Shown here: piece after piece, positions 7,906 to 17,120 of the stretch | Layout of the letters: every line of letters begins with the position of its first letter | How positions within the stretch are numbered: the first letter of the stretch is position 1 | From: an uncultured Enterobacteriaceae bacterium | Lineage (GTDB): Bacteria > Pseudomonadota > Gammaproteobacteria > Burkholderiales > SG8-39 | Assembly (NCBI GenBank): GCA_964477695.1 | Contig: CAYZFN010000228.1 | Span: forward strand, 10,281 to 74,280 | Direction of reading: 5' to 3' | DNA: 64,000 bases | Program-made: the position numbers and the translations under genes | Notes under the pieces: generated by a model | The model's input: the letters and a program-made list of their open reading frames with translations, nothing else | The model's database searches: none | Told to the model about the DNA's origin: nothing

Positions 7906-10157
7906 GCGCCGTGCTGCCGCCGACGACGCTGCCGTGGCGCGTCCCGCTCGTGCCCGAGCCGCCGCACGACCCGACCTCGCTGCTGCTCTCCGGGTGCGTC
8001 GGCCCGCGGCCGGAAATCGGCTGGGCGCTCGGGAAGCTGGACGGCCTCGAGCTCGGCGCCGGCGCGCCGGCGCTGGTGCTCCAGCCCTCGCCGGGCGCCC
8101 TGCGGCGGATGAGCGAGCCATCGGGCAGCTTCGGCGGGCTGCGCATGCCGCTCAACAGCGCCCTGGGTCCGGCGGGCGACGTGTACCTCCTCGATCCCCT
8201 CACCGCGCAGCTCAAGCGCTTCGATCCCTGCGACTGCGCCTTCTCTCCGGTGCCCTGCTTCCTGCCGCACGGCGAGCTGCGCGGCATCGCGATCTGCGGC
8301 GGCGATCTCTACGTCGCCGACGGCAGCCGTGCGCAGGTGCTGCGCTATGCGATGAACGGCTTCCTTGCCCGCGCGGCCCTGCGGCTGCCGCGCGCCGAGG
8401 CGAAGCAGCTCGGCCGGCCCTGGTCTCCGTTCGCCATCGCCTTCGACGGGCGCGGCCGCCTGTACGTGTCCGATCCCCGCAACGTCCGCATCGATGTCTT
8501 CGACGCGCAGGGCCGCTGGCGCGGCGCGCACGCAACCAGTGCGCCGCCCTGGCTGCTCGCGCTCGATTGCCGCGATCGCCTGTACGCGGTGCTTGCGCAG
8601 GTCGGCGAGCTGGCGCTCGCCACGCCAAACGACGGCTATGGCGCGCGCTGGAGCTGGTCGGCCGACGTCGCGGGTCTCGCCATCGTCGTTCTGGAAGACG
8701 CATTCCGTACGCTCGACGAACGCACCGTACGGCCGGCGGACTTCGCCCGGCCCCCCATGCCGATCGACGCGCGCGGCGAGCTGCACCTGCCTTGCACCCA
8801 GGCCGGCGCGGGCGGCGAAGCGCTGTTCGACGCGCGCGGCTTGCGGCTTCGCCCGGAAAGCCGCGCGCTCGAGGAGATCTACCTGCGAAAGGGCGAATAC
8901 CGCAGCCGCGCGCTCGACTCCGGCATCGAAGGCTGCCAATGGCATCGCGTCGAGCTGCGCGGCGCGCTGGCCGACGGCTGCGCCGTGCGCGTGCGCACGT
9001 TGTCCGCGCATGTCGAGCTCGGTGAACAAGACCTCGCGCTGCTGCCCGAAGAGGCGTGGAGCGAAGGCGGCTGGGCCGCCGCCATGGATGCCGACGGTCG
9101 CTGGGACTGCCTGGTGAAGAGCCCACCCGGTCGCTTTCTCTGGCTGCGGCTCGGGCTGTCCGGGGACGGCCATGCCACGCCGGCGCTCGACGCGGTAATG
9201 CTCGAGTTTCCGCGCCTCGGTCTGCGCCGCTACCTGCCCGCGGTGTTCGGCGCCGACCCCGCGGGCGCAGATTTCACCGATCGGTTCAGCGCGCTCTTCG
9301 ACACCACGCTGCGCTCGATCGAGCGCCGCCTCGACCGGCTCGCCGCGCTGTTCGATCCGCGCTCGGCGCCCGCCGAGCGCAAACCGGGCCGGCCGGATTT
9401 CCTGAGCTGGCTCGCTTCGTGGATCGGGCTGGCGCTCGCTCGCGACTGGCCCGAGGCGCGCCAACGCCGCTACGTCCGGGAAGCTGCGCGTCTGTACTGC
9501 CTGCGCGGTACACCGCTGGGCCTGTGGCGCCAGCTGCTGCTGTTCCTCGGCCTCGACCAGCCGCGCTGCCCCGCCGAGCGGCCGGTGCGCCGTTGCATTC
9601 CGGTTCCCCTGAATTGTGCTTCGCGGCCTGCGAAGACCGCGGTGGCGCCGCCGCCGCTGATTCTCGAGCACTTCAAGCTGCGCCGCTGGCTGCACGCCGG
9701 GCGCGGCCGGCTCGGCGAGGACTCGATGCTCTGGGGACAGAAGATCGTCAACCGCACGCAGCTCTCGGCGGGCGCGCAGGTCGGCGCCACCACGCTCACC
9801 AGCCGGCCGGACCCGTTACGCGACCCTTTCCACGTCTACGCGCACCGCTTCAGCGTATTCGTCCCGGCCCGCGTCGAGAAGAGCGACGGCGAGCGCCGGG
9901 CGCTCGAGCAGCTGCTCGCGCGCGAGGTGCCGGCGCACACGCTCTACGACGTGCGATACGTAGAGCCGCGCTTCCGCGTCGGCGTGCAGGCGATGCTCGG
10001 CCTCGACAGCGTGATAGCGCGCACGCCGAAGGACGTCTTCCTCGGCCAGAGCACGCTCGGCCGGGGATCGCTGCTCAGCCCGCCGCCGGCGCGGCGCGGC
10101 GGCCCCAGGCTGCGCGTGGGCGAGGCGCGCGTCGGCAGCACCACGGTGCTCACATGA
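7902..10157 (+). CDS. P2 gpI-like / gp7-like baseplate protein with N-terminal NHL-like repeats (Afp12-type)
   Basis: Starts at TTG 7902 (overlaps the J stop) or in-frame GTG 7911. NHL-like repeats: GDVYLLDP, GDLYVADGSRAQVLRY, GRLYVSDPRNVRIDVFD. The block FLSWLASWIGLALARDWPEARQRRYVREAARLYCLRGTPLGLWRQL matches the phage tail protein I family. Confidence 0.75.
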   Translation: MSAVLPPTTLPWRVPLVPEPPHDPTSLLLSGCVGPRPEIGWALGKLDGLELGAGAPALVLQPSPGALRRMSEPSGSFGGLRMPLNSALGPAGDVYLLDPLTAQLKRFDPCDCAFSPVPCFLPHGELRGIAICGGDLYVADGSRAQVLRYAMNGFLARAALRLPRAEAKQLGRPWSPFAIAFDGRGRLYVSDPRNVRIDVFDAQGRWRGAHATSAPPWLLALDCRDRLYAVLAQVGELALATPNDGYGARWSWSADVAGLAIVVLEDAFRTLDERTVRPADFARPPMPIDARGELHLPCTQAGAGGEALFDARGLRLRPESRALEEIYLRKGEYRSRALDSGIEGCQWHRVELRGALADGCAVRVRTLSAHVELGEQDLALLPEEAWSEGGWAAAMDADGRWDCLVKSPPGRFLWLRLGLSGDGHATPALDAVMLEFPRLGLRRYLPAVFGADPAGADFTDRFSALFDTTLRSIERRLDRLAALFDPRSAPAERKPGRPDFLSWLASWIGLALARDWPEARQRRYVREAARLYCLRGTPLGLWRQLLLFLGLDQPRCPAERPVRRCIPVPLNCASRPAKTAVAPPPLILEHFKLRRWLHAGRGRLGEDSMLWGQKIVNRTQLSAGAQVGATTLTSRPDPLRDPFHVYAHRFSVFVPARVEKSDGERRALEQLLAREVPAHTLYDVRYVEPRFRVGVQAMLGLDSVIARTPKDVFLGQSTLGRGSLLSPPPARRGGPRLRVGEARVGSTTVLT

Positions 10158-10194
10158 ACGCGAAAGCGAACGACCTGCGAGGGAGGGAAGCGCA

Positions 10195-12660
10195 ATGGGC
10201 TGCATGATCTGCCACCACGAGCACTCGGCGCTCGAGACCTGCGCGCAATGCGAGTTCGACGCTTTCGTGCGCAACCACTTCTTCACCGGGAAGATGATGG
10301 GCGCCGCCGAGTTCGCCACCGAGACGCTCTATCACTCGGACAAGATGCGCCATCACAACGTGCGCCTGCACGGCTCCGGCGTGGTGTGCGGGCTCAAGGT
10401 GCACCAGCATCCTTCCGAGGAATGCCGCAAGCGCTATGTCGTCGTCTCGCCCGGCTCGGCGCTCGACTGCTGCGGTCGCGAGATCCTGGTGGCGCAGGAA
10501 GAAATCGTCGACGTCGCGAAGAACCCTGCGCTCCTGAAGGCGCTCGACGCGGACCGGGCGCACAGCGTAACGCGGCTGCACACGCTGCAGCTCTGCGTCG
10601 CCTATCACGAATGTCCGACCGAGGATGTGCCGGTGCTCTACGACGAGTGCGGCTGCGACGACACGAAGTGCGCGCCGAACCGCATCCTCGAGTCGTTCCG
10701 CTTCGACGTTCTGGTCGACCCGCCACTGCCCGCCGCGGACCTGGTCGGCCGGGCGCCGCTCGGGGTATTCGTCGCCACCGACGAGCACGCGCTCACCGGC
10801 TTCAGCCGCACGAGCAGCTCGGGCAAGGTGCTCGCCGCCGATCCCGGCGCGCCGCTCGACCCTTCAGGCCTCGACGCCGCGAAACCGACGCGCCTCTTCC
10901 TCATCGACACGCGCTTCCGCTCGATGAAGACGCTCGCGTTCAGCGCCGCGCTACGCGCCGCGGCGCTCTCCGCCGACGGCAACTTCGTGTTTGCCGTCAC
11001 CGGCTCGCAGGCGCAGATCTTCAAGGTGGACGACGGCTCGGAGGTCGTTCCCGCCGACGCCACCAAGTTCCAGCTGCCCGCCAGCGCGACCGGGACGCTC
11101 TACGCGGCGGCCGGCAGCGGCGACGACGGCTTCGTCGTCTACTCGGCCGGCGACGGCAAAGCCTATCGCTGGAAAGCCGACGCGACGAACGGCCTCGTCG
11201 AAGCCAACCCGGGTGTAGCGGCGCTCGACGCCGATCTCTCCGGCGTCGTCGCGAGCGCCAACGCCGACACGCTGTACGCCATCACGAGCGCCGGCAAGGT
11301 CAAGCAGTACACGCTCGCCGGCGGAACGAAGGAATTCACCGTCCCTACCGCGCCCGGGGCGCTCGCCACGTTCGCGCTCGGGACCACGGCGAAGCCGCTG
11401 CTCGCGGTCGCGAGCAGCACCGACAAGAAGGTGTACCTCTTCGACCTCGGCACCGCAGCGACCGCGCCCGCCACGACGATCGACGTCGATCGGCCGCCTT
11501 TGCAGCTGGGCGCCACCGGCAGCGGGGACGACGTATGGCTGCACGTGCTCGAGGAAGAGAGCGCCCATCTCTATACACAGGCCGTATCGCTCAAGCCCCT
11601 CGCGACGGGCCTGACCAACCCGGCGCTGCTCGGCGCGCCGCGCCTTGCCGAGGACGGCGTGCGCTCGATCGTGCTCGTCTTCGAGGACGGCCAGGATGCG
11701 GTGGTGCATCCCGCCGCGCTCGCCGAGAGCGACTGCGCCGATCTCCTGTGGAAGCAGCTGGAGGGCTGCCCTGCGTGCGAGCTGCCCGACTGCGTGGTGC
11801 TCGCGACGATCGCGAACTACCAGTCGGGCATGGCGCTCGACAACGCCGCCATCGACAACCGCCTCGGCCGCCGCGTCGTTGCGAGCACCGCGACGCTGCA
11901 GGCCTGGCTGCAGTGCCTGCAGCTGAAAGGCGGCATTCCCGGTCCGAAGGGCGATCCCGGCACGCCGGGCGCGAACGGCACCAATGGGACGAATGGCACG
12001 AACGGCAGCGACGGGAAAGACGGCAAGGACGGGAAGGATGGCAAGGACGGGAAGGACGGCAAGGACGCCGTCCTCACGACCTCGGTCACGGTCGGCGATT
12101 GCTCGACGCAGCCCAAGCTGGAGCTCGACGCGAACGGCGAGCTGAAGCTCACCCTGCCGAAGTGCTGCGACGGCGACCTGACGCACGTCTGCGACATCAA
12201 CTGGAAACACGCCGATCAGCTCGACGGCAATGTCGTAAGGCAGCTCATCGTCGCGTTCGACAATCCGCTCCATCCACAGTATGTGACGCAGGCGATGCTC
12301 AGGCAGAGCTTCATCGTCGAGACGCAGCACACGCAGCTCATCGACGACCCGGCGAATCTCAGCGTGAACTGCTGGTGCCAGCTGATCGGCGAATACAGCG
12401 CGTTCGACCTCAACACGCCGTGCAAGATCGCCGACGGCGTCAAGACCGGCAGCACGATCGTCCGGGCGATCGCTTTCACGCCTTCGCCCGGATTCCAGAA
12501 GGGCAGGCTCTATCGGGTGCGCCTGCTCGGCGACTTGATCGTCGATGCGAACAGCAAGCGCGCCGTCGATGCCAATCACCTCCCGCCGTATGTGCCGGCG
12601 CGCAAGAGCGGCGACTGCATCGAAGGCGGCACCTTCCTGAGCTGGTTCCAGGGGATATGA
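10195..12660 (+). CDS. Fibre-like protein 1: Cys/His cluster + shared N-module + propeller-like repeats + collagen-like stalk + C-terminal domain
   Basis: ATG 10195 preceded by GGGAGGGAAG. N-module RNHFFTGKMMG...RLHGSGVVCGLKV is shared with the next two ORFs. Has 15 G-X-Y triplets (11932-12066). Sits after the baseplate genes. Confidence 0.7.
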   Translation: MGCMICHHEHSALETCAQCEFDAFVRNHFFTGKMMGAAEFATETLYHSDKMRHHNVRLHGSGVVCGLKVHQHPSEECRKRYVVVSPGSALDCCGREILVAQEEIVDVAKNPALLKALDADRAHSVTRLHTLQLCVAYHECPTEDVPVLYDECGCDDTKCAPNRILESFRFDVLVDPPLPAADLVGRAPLGVFVATDEHALTGFSRTSSSGKVLAADPGAPLDPSGLDAAKPTRLFLIDTRFRSMKTLAFSAALRAAALSADGNFVFAVTGSQAQIFKVDDGSEVVPADATKFQLPASATGTLYAAAGSGDDGFVVYSAGDGKAYRWKADATNGLVEANPGVAALDADLSGVVASANADTLYAITSAGKVKQYTLAGGTKEFTVPTAPGALATFALGTTAKPLLAVASSTDKKVYLFDLGTAATAPATTIDVDRPPLQLGATGSGDDVWLHVLEEESAHLYTQAVSLKPLATGLTNPALLGAPRLAEDGVRSIVLVFEDGQDAVVHPAALAESDCADLLWKQLEGCPACELPDCVVLATIANYQSGMALDNAAIDNRLGRRVVASTATLQAWLQCLQLKGGIPGPKGDPGTPGANGTNGTNGTNGSDGKDGKDGKDGKDGKDGKDAVLTTSVTVGDCSTQPKLELDANGELKLTLPKCCDGDLTHVCDINWKHADQLDGNVVRQLIVAFDNPLHPQYVTQAMLRQSFIVETQHTQLIDDPANLSVNCWCQLIGEYSAFDLNTPCKIADGVKTGSTIVRAIAFTPSPGFQKGRLYRVRLLGDLIVDANSKRAVDANHLPPYVPARKSGDCIEGGTFLSWFQGI
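11932..12066 (+). repeat. Collagen-like G-X-Y coding repeat, including six tandem 9-nt GKD units
   Basis: In-frame GIP GPK GDP GTP GAN GTN GTN GTN GSD (GKD)x6. nt 12013-12066 are six near-identical GGB-AAR-GAY units. Confidence 0.9.
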
Positions 12661-12700
12661 AGCGCACAGCAACCCCACCTTCCGTCATGGAGAACTGAAA

Positions 12701-14461
12701 ATGCCCACGGACCTCTACGCCGCGCCTCCGGTCGTGTCCCCCGGGCGCAATCCGCAGCCGGTGCCGCCCAAGCGCCCCGACCCGTGCGCCGACGACACAC
12801 CGGTGTGCCCGGCGTGCGGCGGATTGCAGTGCCTGTGCCGGCCGCGCTTCTTTCCCGGGCAGCTGCTCACCGACGAGGACCTGAATCGGCTCGAGCGCTA
12901 CGTGGTCGACAAGAACAAGCTGCATGCGCGCTACCTGCACGGCTGGGGCGTGGCATGCGGCCTCGAGGTGGTGTGCGATCCGTGCACCACGAGCAACGTG
13001 GTGGTGCGCACGGGCTACGCGCTCTCGCCCTGCGGCGACGACATCATCGTCTGCAAGGACCAGTCGGTGAACGTGTGCGAGCTGATCGACCAGTGCCGGC
13101 CGCAGACCGGCGTGGTGTGCGACCCGCCCTATAACCAGCCGCCGCGCGAGTGCCGCGACGGCACCGAGCCCTGGGTGCTCGCGATCTGCTACGACGAGCG
13201 GCCCACGCGCGGCATCACGGCGCTCACCGGCAGCACCGACACGGCGTGCTGCTCGAGCTGCACCTGCGGCGGCTCGGGATCGTGCGGCTGCGGCGGCTCC
13301 GCGAAGAAGGCTTCTGCCAAGGTATCGGGCAAAAAGGCGGCGTACCAGCCCCAGTGCGAGCCGACGCAGATCTGCGAAGGCTACCGTTTCGTCGCGTACA
13401 AGCGCCCGCCGCAAACGCCCGCCCAGCTGCCTCCGGGCCGTGCGGCCGCGGGCAACGTGGACCTGATCTTCGCCTGGATGTATGCCAACCGGGCGAAGTT
13501 CGGCCCGCTGCTCGAGCGGGTGCTCTGCTGCGTCACCGCGGCGCTCGAGCTGCAGGCCTCGTTCAGCGACCGCGGCAAGTACACGAGCGGCCAGGATGCC
13601 GCGAACGCCTACGTCGACTACCTCGATGCCCTGCGCGATTTCGCGGCGAGCTTCGCCCTGCACAACTGCACGTTCCTGGACAAGCTCACGACGGAAACGG
13701 CCGACCTCACGCCGCAGGTCGAGAACCTGCGCAAGGCGGCCGCGCTCGACGAGACGCAGAAGGCGCTGCTCACGAGTGCCCTGCAGCGCCTCGACTACAA
13801 CCTGTTCGACCTGATCGCCGAGTGCTTCTGCTCGGCGCTGCTGCCCGCCTGCCCGCCGCCCGCTCCGGACAACTGCGTGCCGCTCGCCCTCCTCACGGTA
13901 CGTACCCGCGACTGCCACGTGGTGCAGATCTGCAACTGGGAAGCCCGCAAGCTGCTCATCACCTGGCAGACCGTCGGCTACTGGCTCTCCTGGCTGCCGT
14001 GGCAGCGGCTGCGCCTGTGGATCTCGCGGCTCTGCTGCGCCGACACGCCGCGCCGCACGATCATCTGGCCGCTCATGCTGATCATCGGCATGGTGCTCAA
14101 CCAGGCGCGCGCGATGCAGGTGCGCATGGCGGCGACGGCAAACGAAGCGCCGTTGAAAGAAGCCGTGGCCGCCGACAACCTCATGGCGCATCTCGCGCAG
14201 GGCTTCGACAGCCTGCGCAGCGGCGAGGACCCGGCAGCGCCGGAATGGGCTTCACTGCTCGCGCGCTTCGCCGACGGCAGCGCGCTCTCGTCGCTCGCCG
14301 GGCCCACGGCGGTAACCCAGGCGCAGCTCGAGGCGTTGAAGGGCCAGCTCGGCCTCGACGAGCTGCGCCAGCAGGTCGAGGCGCTGCAGGGCACGCTGAA
14401 GGAATACAAGACGAACGTCGATGGCCTGCGCAACTTCATCGTGAGAGGGCCGGGAGGCTGA
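12701..14461 (+). CDS. Fibre-like paralogue 2: shared N-module, Cys-rich segments, hydrophobic stretch, C-terminal coiled coil
   Basis: ATG 12701 with GGAGAA upstream. RPRFFPGQLLTDEDLNRLERYVVDKNKLHARYLHGWGVACGLEV aligns with ORFs 10195 and 14463. Also CCSSCTCGGSGSCGCGG, WPLMLIIGMVL, and a C-terminal heptad-like QLEALKGQLGLDELRQQVEALQGTLKEYK. Confidence 0.6.
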   Translation: MPTDLYAAPPVVSPGRNPQPVPPKRPDPCADDTPVCPACGGLQCLCRPRFFPGQLLTDEDLNRLERYVVDKNKLHARYLHGWGVACGLEVVCDPCTTSNVVVRTGYALSPCGDDIIVCKDQSVNVCELIDQCRPQTGVVCDPPYNQPPRECRDGTEPWVLAICYDERPTRGITALTGSTDTACCSSCTCGGSGSCGCGGSAKKASAKVSGKKAAYQPQCEPTQICEGYRFVAYKRPPQTPAQLPPGRAAAGNVDLIFAWMYANRAKFGPLLERVLCCVTAALELQASFSDRGKYTSGQDAANAYVDYLDALRDFAASFALHNCTFLDKLTTETADLTPQVENLRKAAALDETQKALLTSALQRLDYNLFDLIAECFCSALLPACPPPAPDNCVPLALLTVRTRDCHVVQICNWEARKLLITWQTVGYWLSWLPWQRLRLWISRLCCADTPRRTIIWPLMLIIGMVLNQARAMQVRMAATANEAPLKEAVAADNLMAHLAQGFDSLRSGEDPAAPEWASLLARFADGSALSSLAGPTAVTQAQLEALKGQLGLDELRQQVEALQGTLKEYKTNVDGLRNFIVRGPGG

Positions 14462-14462
14462 T

Positions 14463-17117
14463 ATGGGCGCGCAAGACCAGCGGCCGCGGTTCTACGAAGG
14501 CCAGTACCTCGGCGCACAGGACCTGGCGGCGATCGTCGACTACCTGCGCGGCGCCGATGCGCGGCATGCGCTAGGCGCGCACACCTGGGGCATCGCGATC
14601 GGGCTCTACCTCATCGAGCGCCCGGCACCGGGCGGCGCAGACCGGCGGGAGGTGATCCTCACGCCGGGTGTCGCCTGGGACGGCTTTGGTCGAGCGATCG
14701 TGTGCACCCGCCCGACGCGCCTTGCCGAGGACCTGTTCGCCGCCATTCCCTACGACGCGCTGCTCGACGGTGCGAGCGCCAAGGGGCGCGGCGTACGCGT
14801 GTGGCTCAATTACAAGGAGACCGCGGCTCAGCTGCCTGCGCCCGGCTTCGAGAGCTGCAGCGACCAGGACCAGAACGCGCGCGTTGCCGAGAGCTTCGAC
14901 TTCGTCGTCGGCTCCTATTCCCCGGGACCGAACCGCCAGGGCAACGTCGCCATCGGCACCGAGACCCTGCAAGCCGAGGAGGCGCTGACGCGCTTCGACG
15001 GCGCGGCGCTGCCGCTATACGACGCGTCGGTGCCGCACCAGAGCTTTCCCACCGCCAAGGTGCCGCGCTGGCTTGTGCCGGTGGGCTACGTACGCTGGAT
15101 CGCGCGCGACGGCGACCTCGGCTACTTCGTCTCGCGCGACGGCGCGCCCGAGTACCGGCTCAAGGACTGCACGCGGGCTTTCCGCCGCTACATCGGCGCG
15201 GTGGTCGAGAACGTGGTCGCCGCCGACGGGGCAATCGTGCTGCAGCGGCGCGACAAGGATCCGCGCGGGCGCCACAAGCTCGCCTGGCTGCTGAACTGCG
15301 GACGCAGCGCCGACGAGCTGCTCGCCGACCTCGCCTGGGTCGAGGGCAACCTGCGCGTGGTCGGCGACGCGAAGCTCGCGCGCGGCAAGCTGCTGATGCG
15401 CGATGCCGACGGCGACGACGAAGGCGTGCCGATCTATCTCGACCGCGTCGGCGACGATCCGCAAATCGACTCGAAGAAGTGCTGCGAGGACCTCGACTCG
15501 TCGGCCGGTGGACCTTCCGCCGACGACAAGGCGAAGCAGCCGCGCGAGTTCCGCGCCGCGATCGGCAAGAAGGGCCAGAACGAGCACCGCTGGATCGTCG
15601 GCCCGGAGGTCGCGGGAGCGACGCCACAGGATCCGCCGACGCTCGCGCCGCGCTTCGTGGTGCTGAGCGGCACCGGCCACACCGACAACAAGGACAGCGA
15701 GGGCCGCGCCGGCGTCAACACGCGCGACCCGAACGCGGCGCTCGAGGTGAAGGGCGACTGGAACAAGGAGGATGGCGCGGTCCGCGTCGCCGGCACCCAG
15801 CCGACGATCCGCTACGAGGGCGGCGCGGACGTCGACAACCTGAAGTGGCTCACGCAGATCACGACGCAGCCGAAGGGCGCCTTCTGCATCGCCTACCGCA
15901 AGGCACCGGCGAACCCCGGCGACGATCCGACCTGGCCGGCGGTGGTGAACGTGCTGTCCAGCCCGGAGCGCGTGGGTATCCGCTCGGGCGATCCGAAGGC
16001 GCCGCTTGCCGTGAAGGCCGACGGCGACGCGCAGGACCTGGTCGCTTTCGAGGACAACGCCGGCGGCACGCAATGGAAGATCCGCCTCAAGCCGGACGCC
16101 AACCACACCGGCCTCACCTTTAGCGATCCCGCAAGCGGCGCCAACGCCGTCTTTCTCAAGCCGGGCGGCGACGTCGGCATCGGCACGCTCGATCCCCAGG
16201 GACGGCTTAGCGTCTACGGCAAGGTGCAGCCGGCGCAGGGCATGCTTTCCCTCTTCACCGCCTCGGCCGACATCCAGTACGACGGCGGCAACGACCAGGT
16301 TTTCATCTTCCAGCAGAGCCCGGCGGGCATTACGTCGTTCCTTGGCGCAAAGGTAGGAATCGGCGGCACCACGCCGTACGCCGCGCTTTCCGTGCGCGGC
16401 GCGGGAACGACCGAGGAGCTGGTGAGCTTCGAGAATGCGGCCGGCACGACCCGGTGGCACATCAACCAGAACCTTGCGGCGGCGCCGGTCAAGGGCTTCA
16501 ACATCGCCGAGACGGGCGTGGCCGACGGGCGGCTGTTCATCAGGCTGGGCGGCGACGTAGGCATCGGCACCTACGATCCGAAGGACCGGCTGCACGTCGC
16601 GGGAAACTTCCTGCGCGTCAACGGCGCGGGCGGCGAGCAGGCCTATATCGGCGGCGACGGCTCCTCGAACGTCTACGGCCAGGACGTGCAGATCGGCAGC
16701 GCGAAGTCCGGCGTGGGCAACGTGCACTTCTGGAACCGCGCCGACAGCGACTGGATGTGGCTGAGCTGCAAGCAGATAAGCCATATCTCGGATGCCCGGC
16801 ACAAGACGCACGTCGAGACGCTTTCGGGCGCGCTCGCCCACGTGACGCGGCTGCGTGGAGTGCGGTTCAAGTGGAAACCAGCGCGAGGATCGGACGCGCC
16901 GTCCCGGCCAGGGCTGGGCGTCATCGCACAGGAAGTCGCCGAGGTATTGCCCGAGCTCGTGCACGAGATGCGCGGCGACCTGACCGTGTCGTACGCCGAA
17001 ATGGTGCCGCTGCTGATCGAAGCGGTGAAAGAGCTGAAAGGCCAGGTCGACGAGCTGCGCGAGGAAGTGAAGCACCTTTCCGACGCCGCGCCAAAGAAGA
17101 AGGCGCCGCGCGGATAA
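14463..17117 (+). CDS. Tail fibre protein with C-terminal endosialidase-type intramolecular chaperone (peptidase S74-like) domain
   Basis: ATG 14463 after GGAGG. N-module RPRFYEGQYLGAQDL...HTWGIAIGL. Internal fibre repeats (GGDVGIGTLDPQGRLSVYG, GGDVGIGTYDPKDRLHVAG). The C-terminal 109 aa (16788-17114) reads SDARHK...LRGVRFKWK...GVIAQEV..V.PELV......V.Y..MVPLLIEAVKELK, which is the S74 autochaperone signature. Confidence 0.8.
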   Translation: MGAQDQRPRFYEGQYLGAQDLAAIVDYLRGADARHALGAHTWGIAIGLYLIERPAPGGADRREVILTPGVAWDGFGRAIVCTRPTRLAEDLFAAIPYDALLDGASAKGRGVRVWLNYKETAAQLPAPGFESCSDQDQNARVAESFDFVVGSYSPGPNRQGNVAIGTETLQAEEALTRFDGAALPLYDASVPHQSFPTAKVPRWLVPVGYVRWIARDGDLGYFVSRDGAPEYRLKDCTRAFRRYIGAVVENVVAADGAIVLQRRDKDPRGRHKLAWLLNCGRSADELLADLAWVEGNLRVVGDAKLARGKLLMRDADGDDEGVPIYLDRVGDDPQIDSKKCCEDLDSSAGGPSADDKAKQPREFRAAIGKKGQNEHRWIVGPEVAGATPQDPPTLAPRFVVLSGTGHTDNKDSEGRAGVNTRDPNAALEVKGDWNKEDGAVRVAGTQPTIRYEGGADVDNLKWLTQITTQPKGAFCIAYRKAPANPGDDPTWPAVVNVLSSPERVGIRSGDPKAPLAVKADGDAQDLVAFEDNAGGTQWKIRLKPDANHTGLTFSDPASGANAVFLKPGGDVGIGTLDPQGRLSVYGKVQPAQGMLSLFTASADIQYDGGNDQVFIFQQSPAGITSFLGAKVGIGGTTPYAALSVRGAGTTEELVSFENAAGTTRWHINQNLAAAPVKGFNIAETGVADGRLFIRLGGDVGIGTYDPKDRLHVAGNFLRVNGAGGEQAYIGGDGSSNVYGQDVQIGSAKSGVGNVHFWNRADSDWMWLSCKQISHISDARHKTHVETLSGALAHVTRLRGVRFKWKPARGSDAPSRPGLGVIAQEVAEVLPELVHEMRGDLTVSYAEMVPLLIEAVKELKGQVDELREEVKHLSDAAPKKKAPRG

Positions 17118-17120
17118 CGC

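Noticed and set aside
5824-8121. 765-aa - strand ORF across the baseplate J gene.
   Set aside because: Same high-GC antisense artefact (RRRARG-type composition). The opposite strand encodes a recognisable baseplate J protein.
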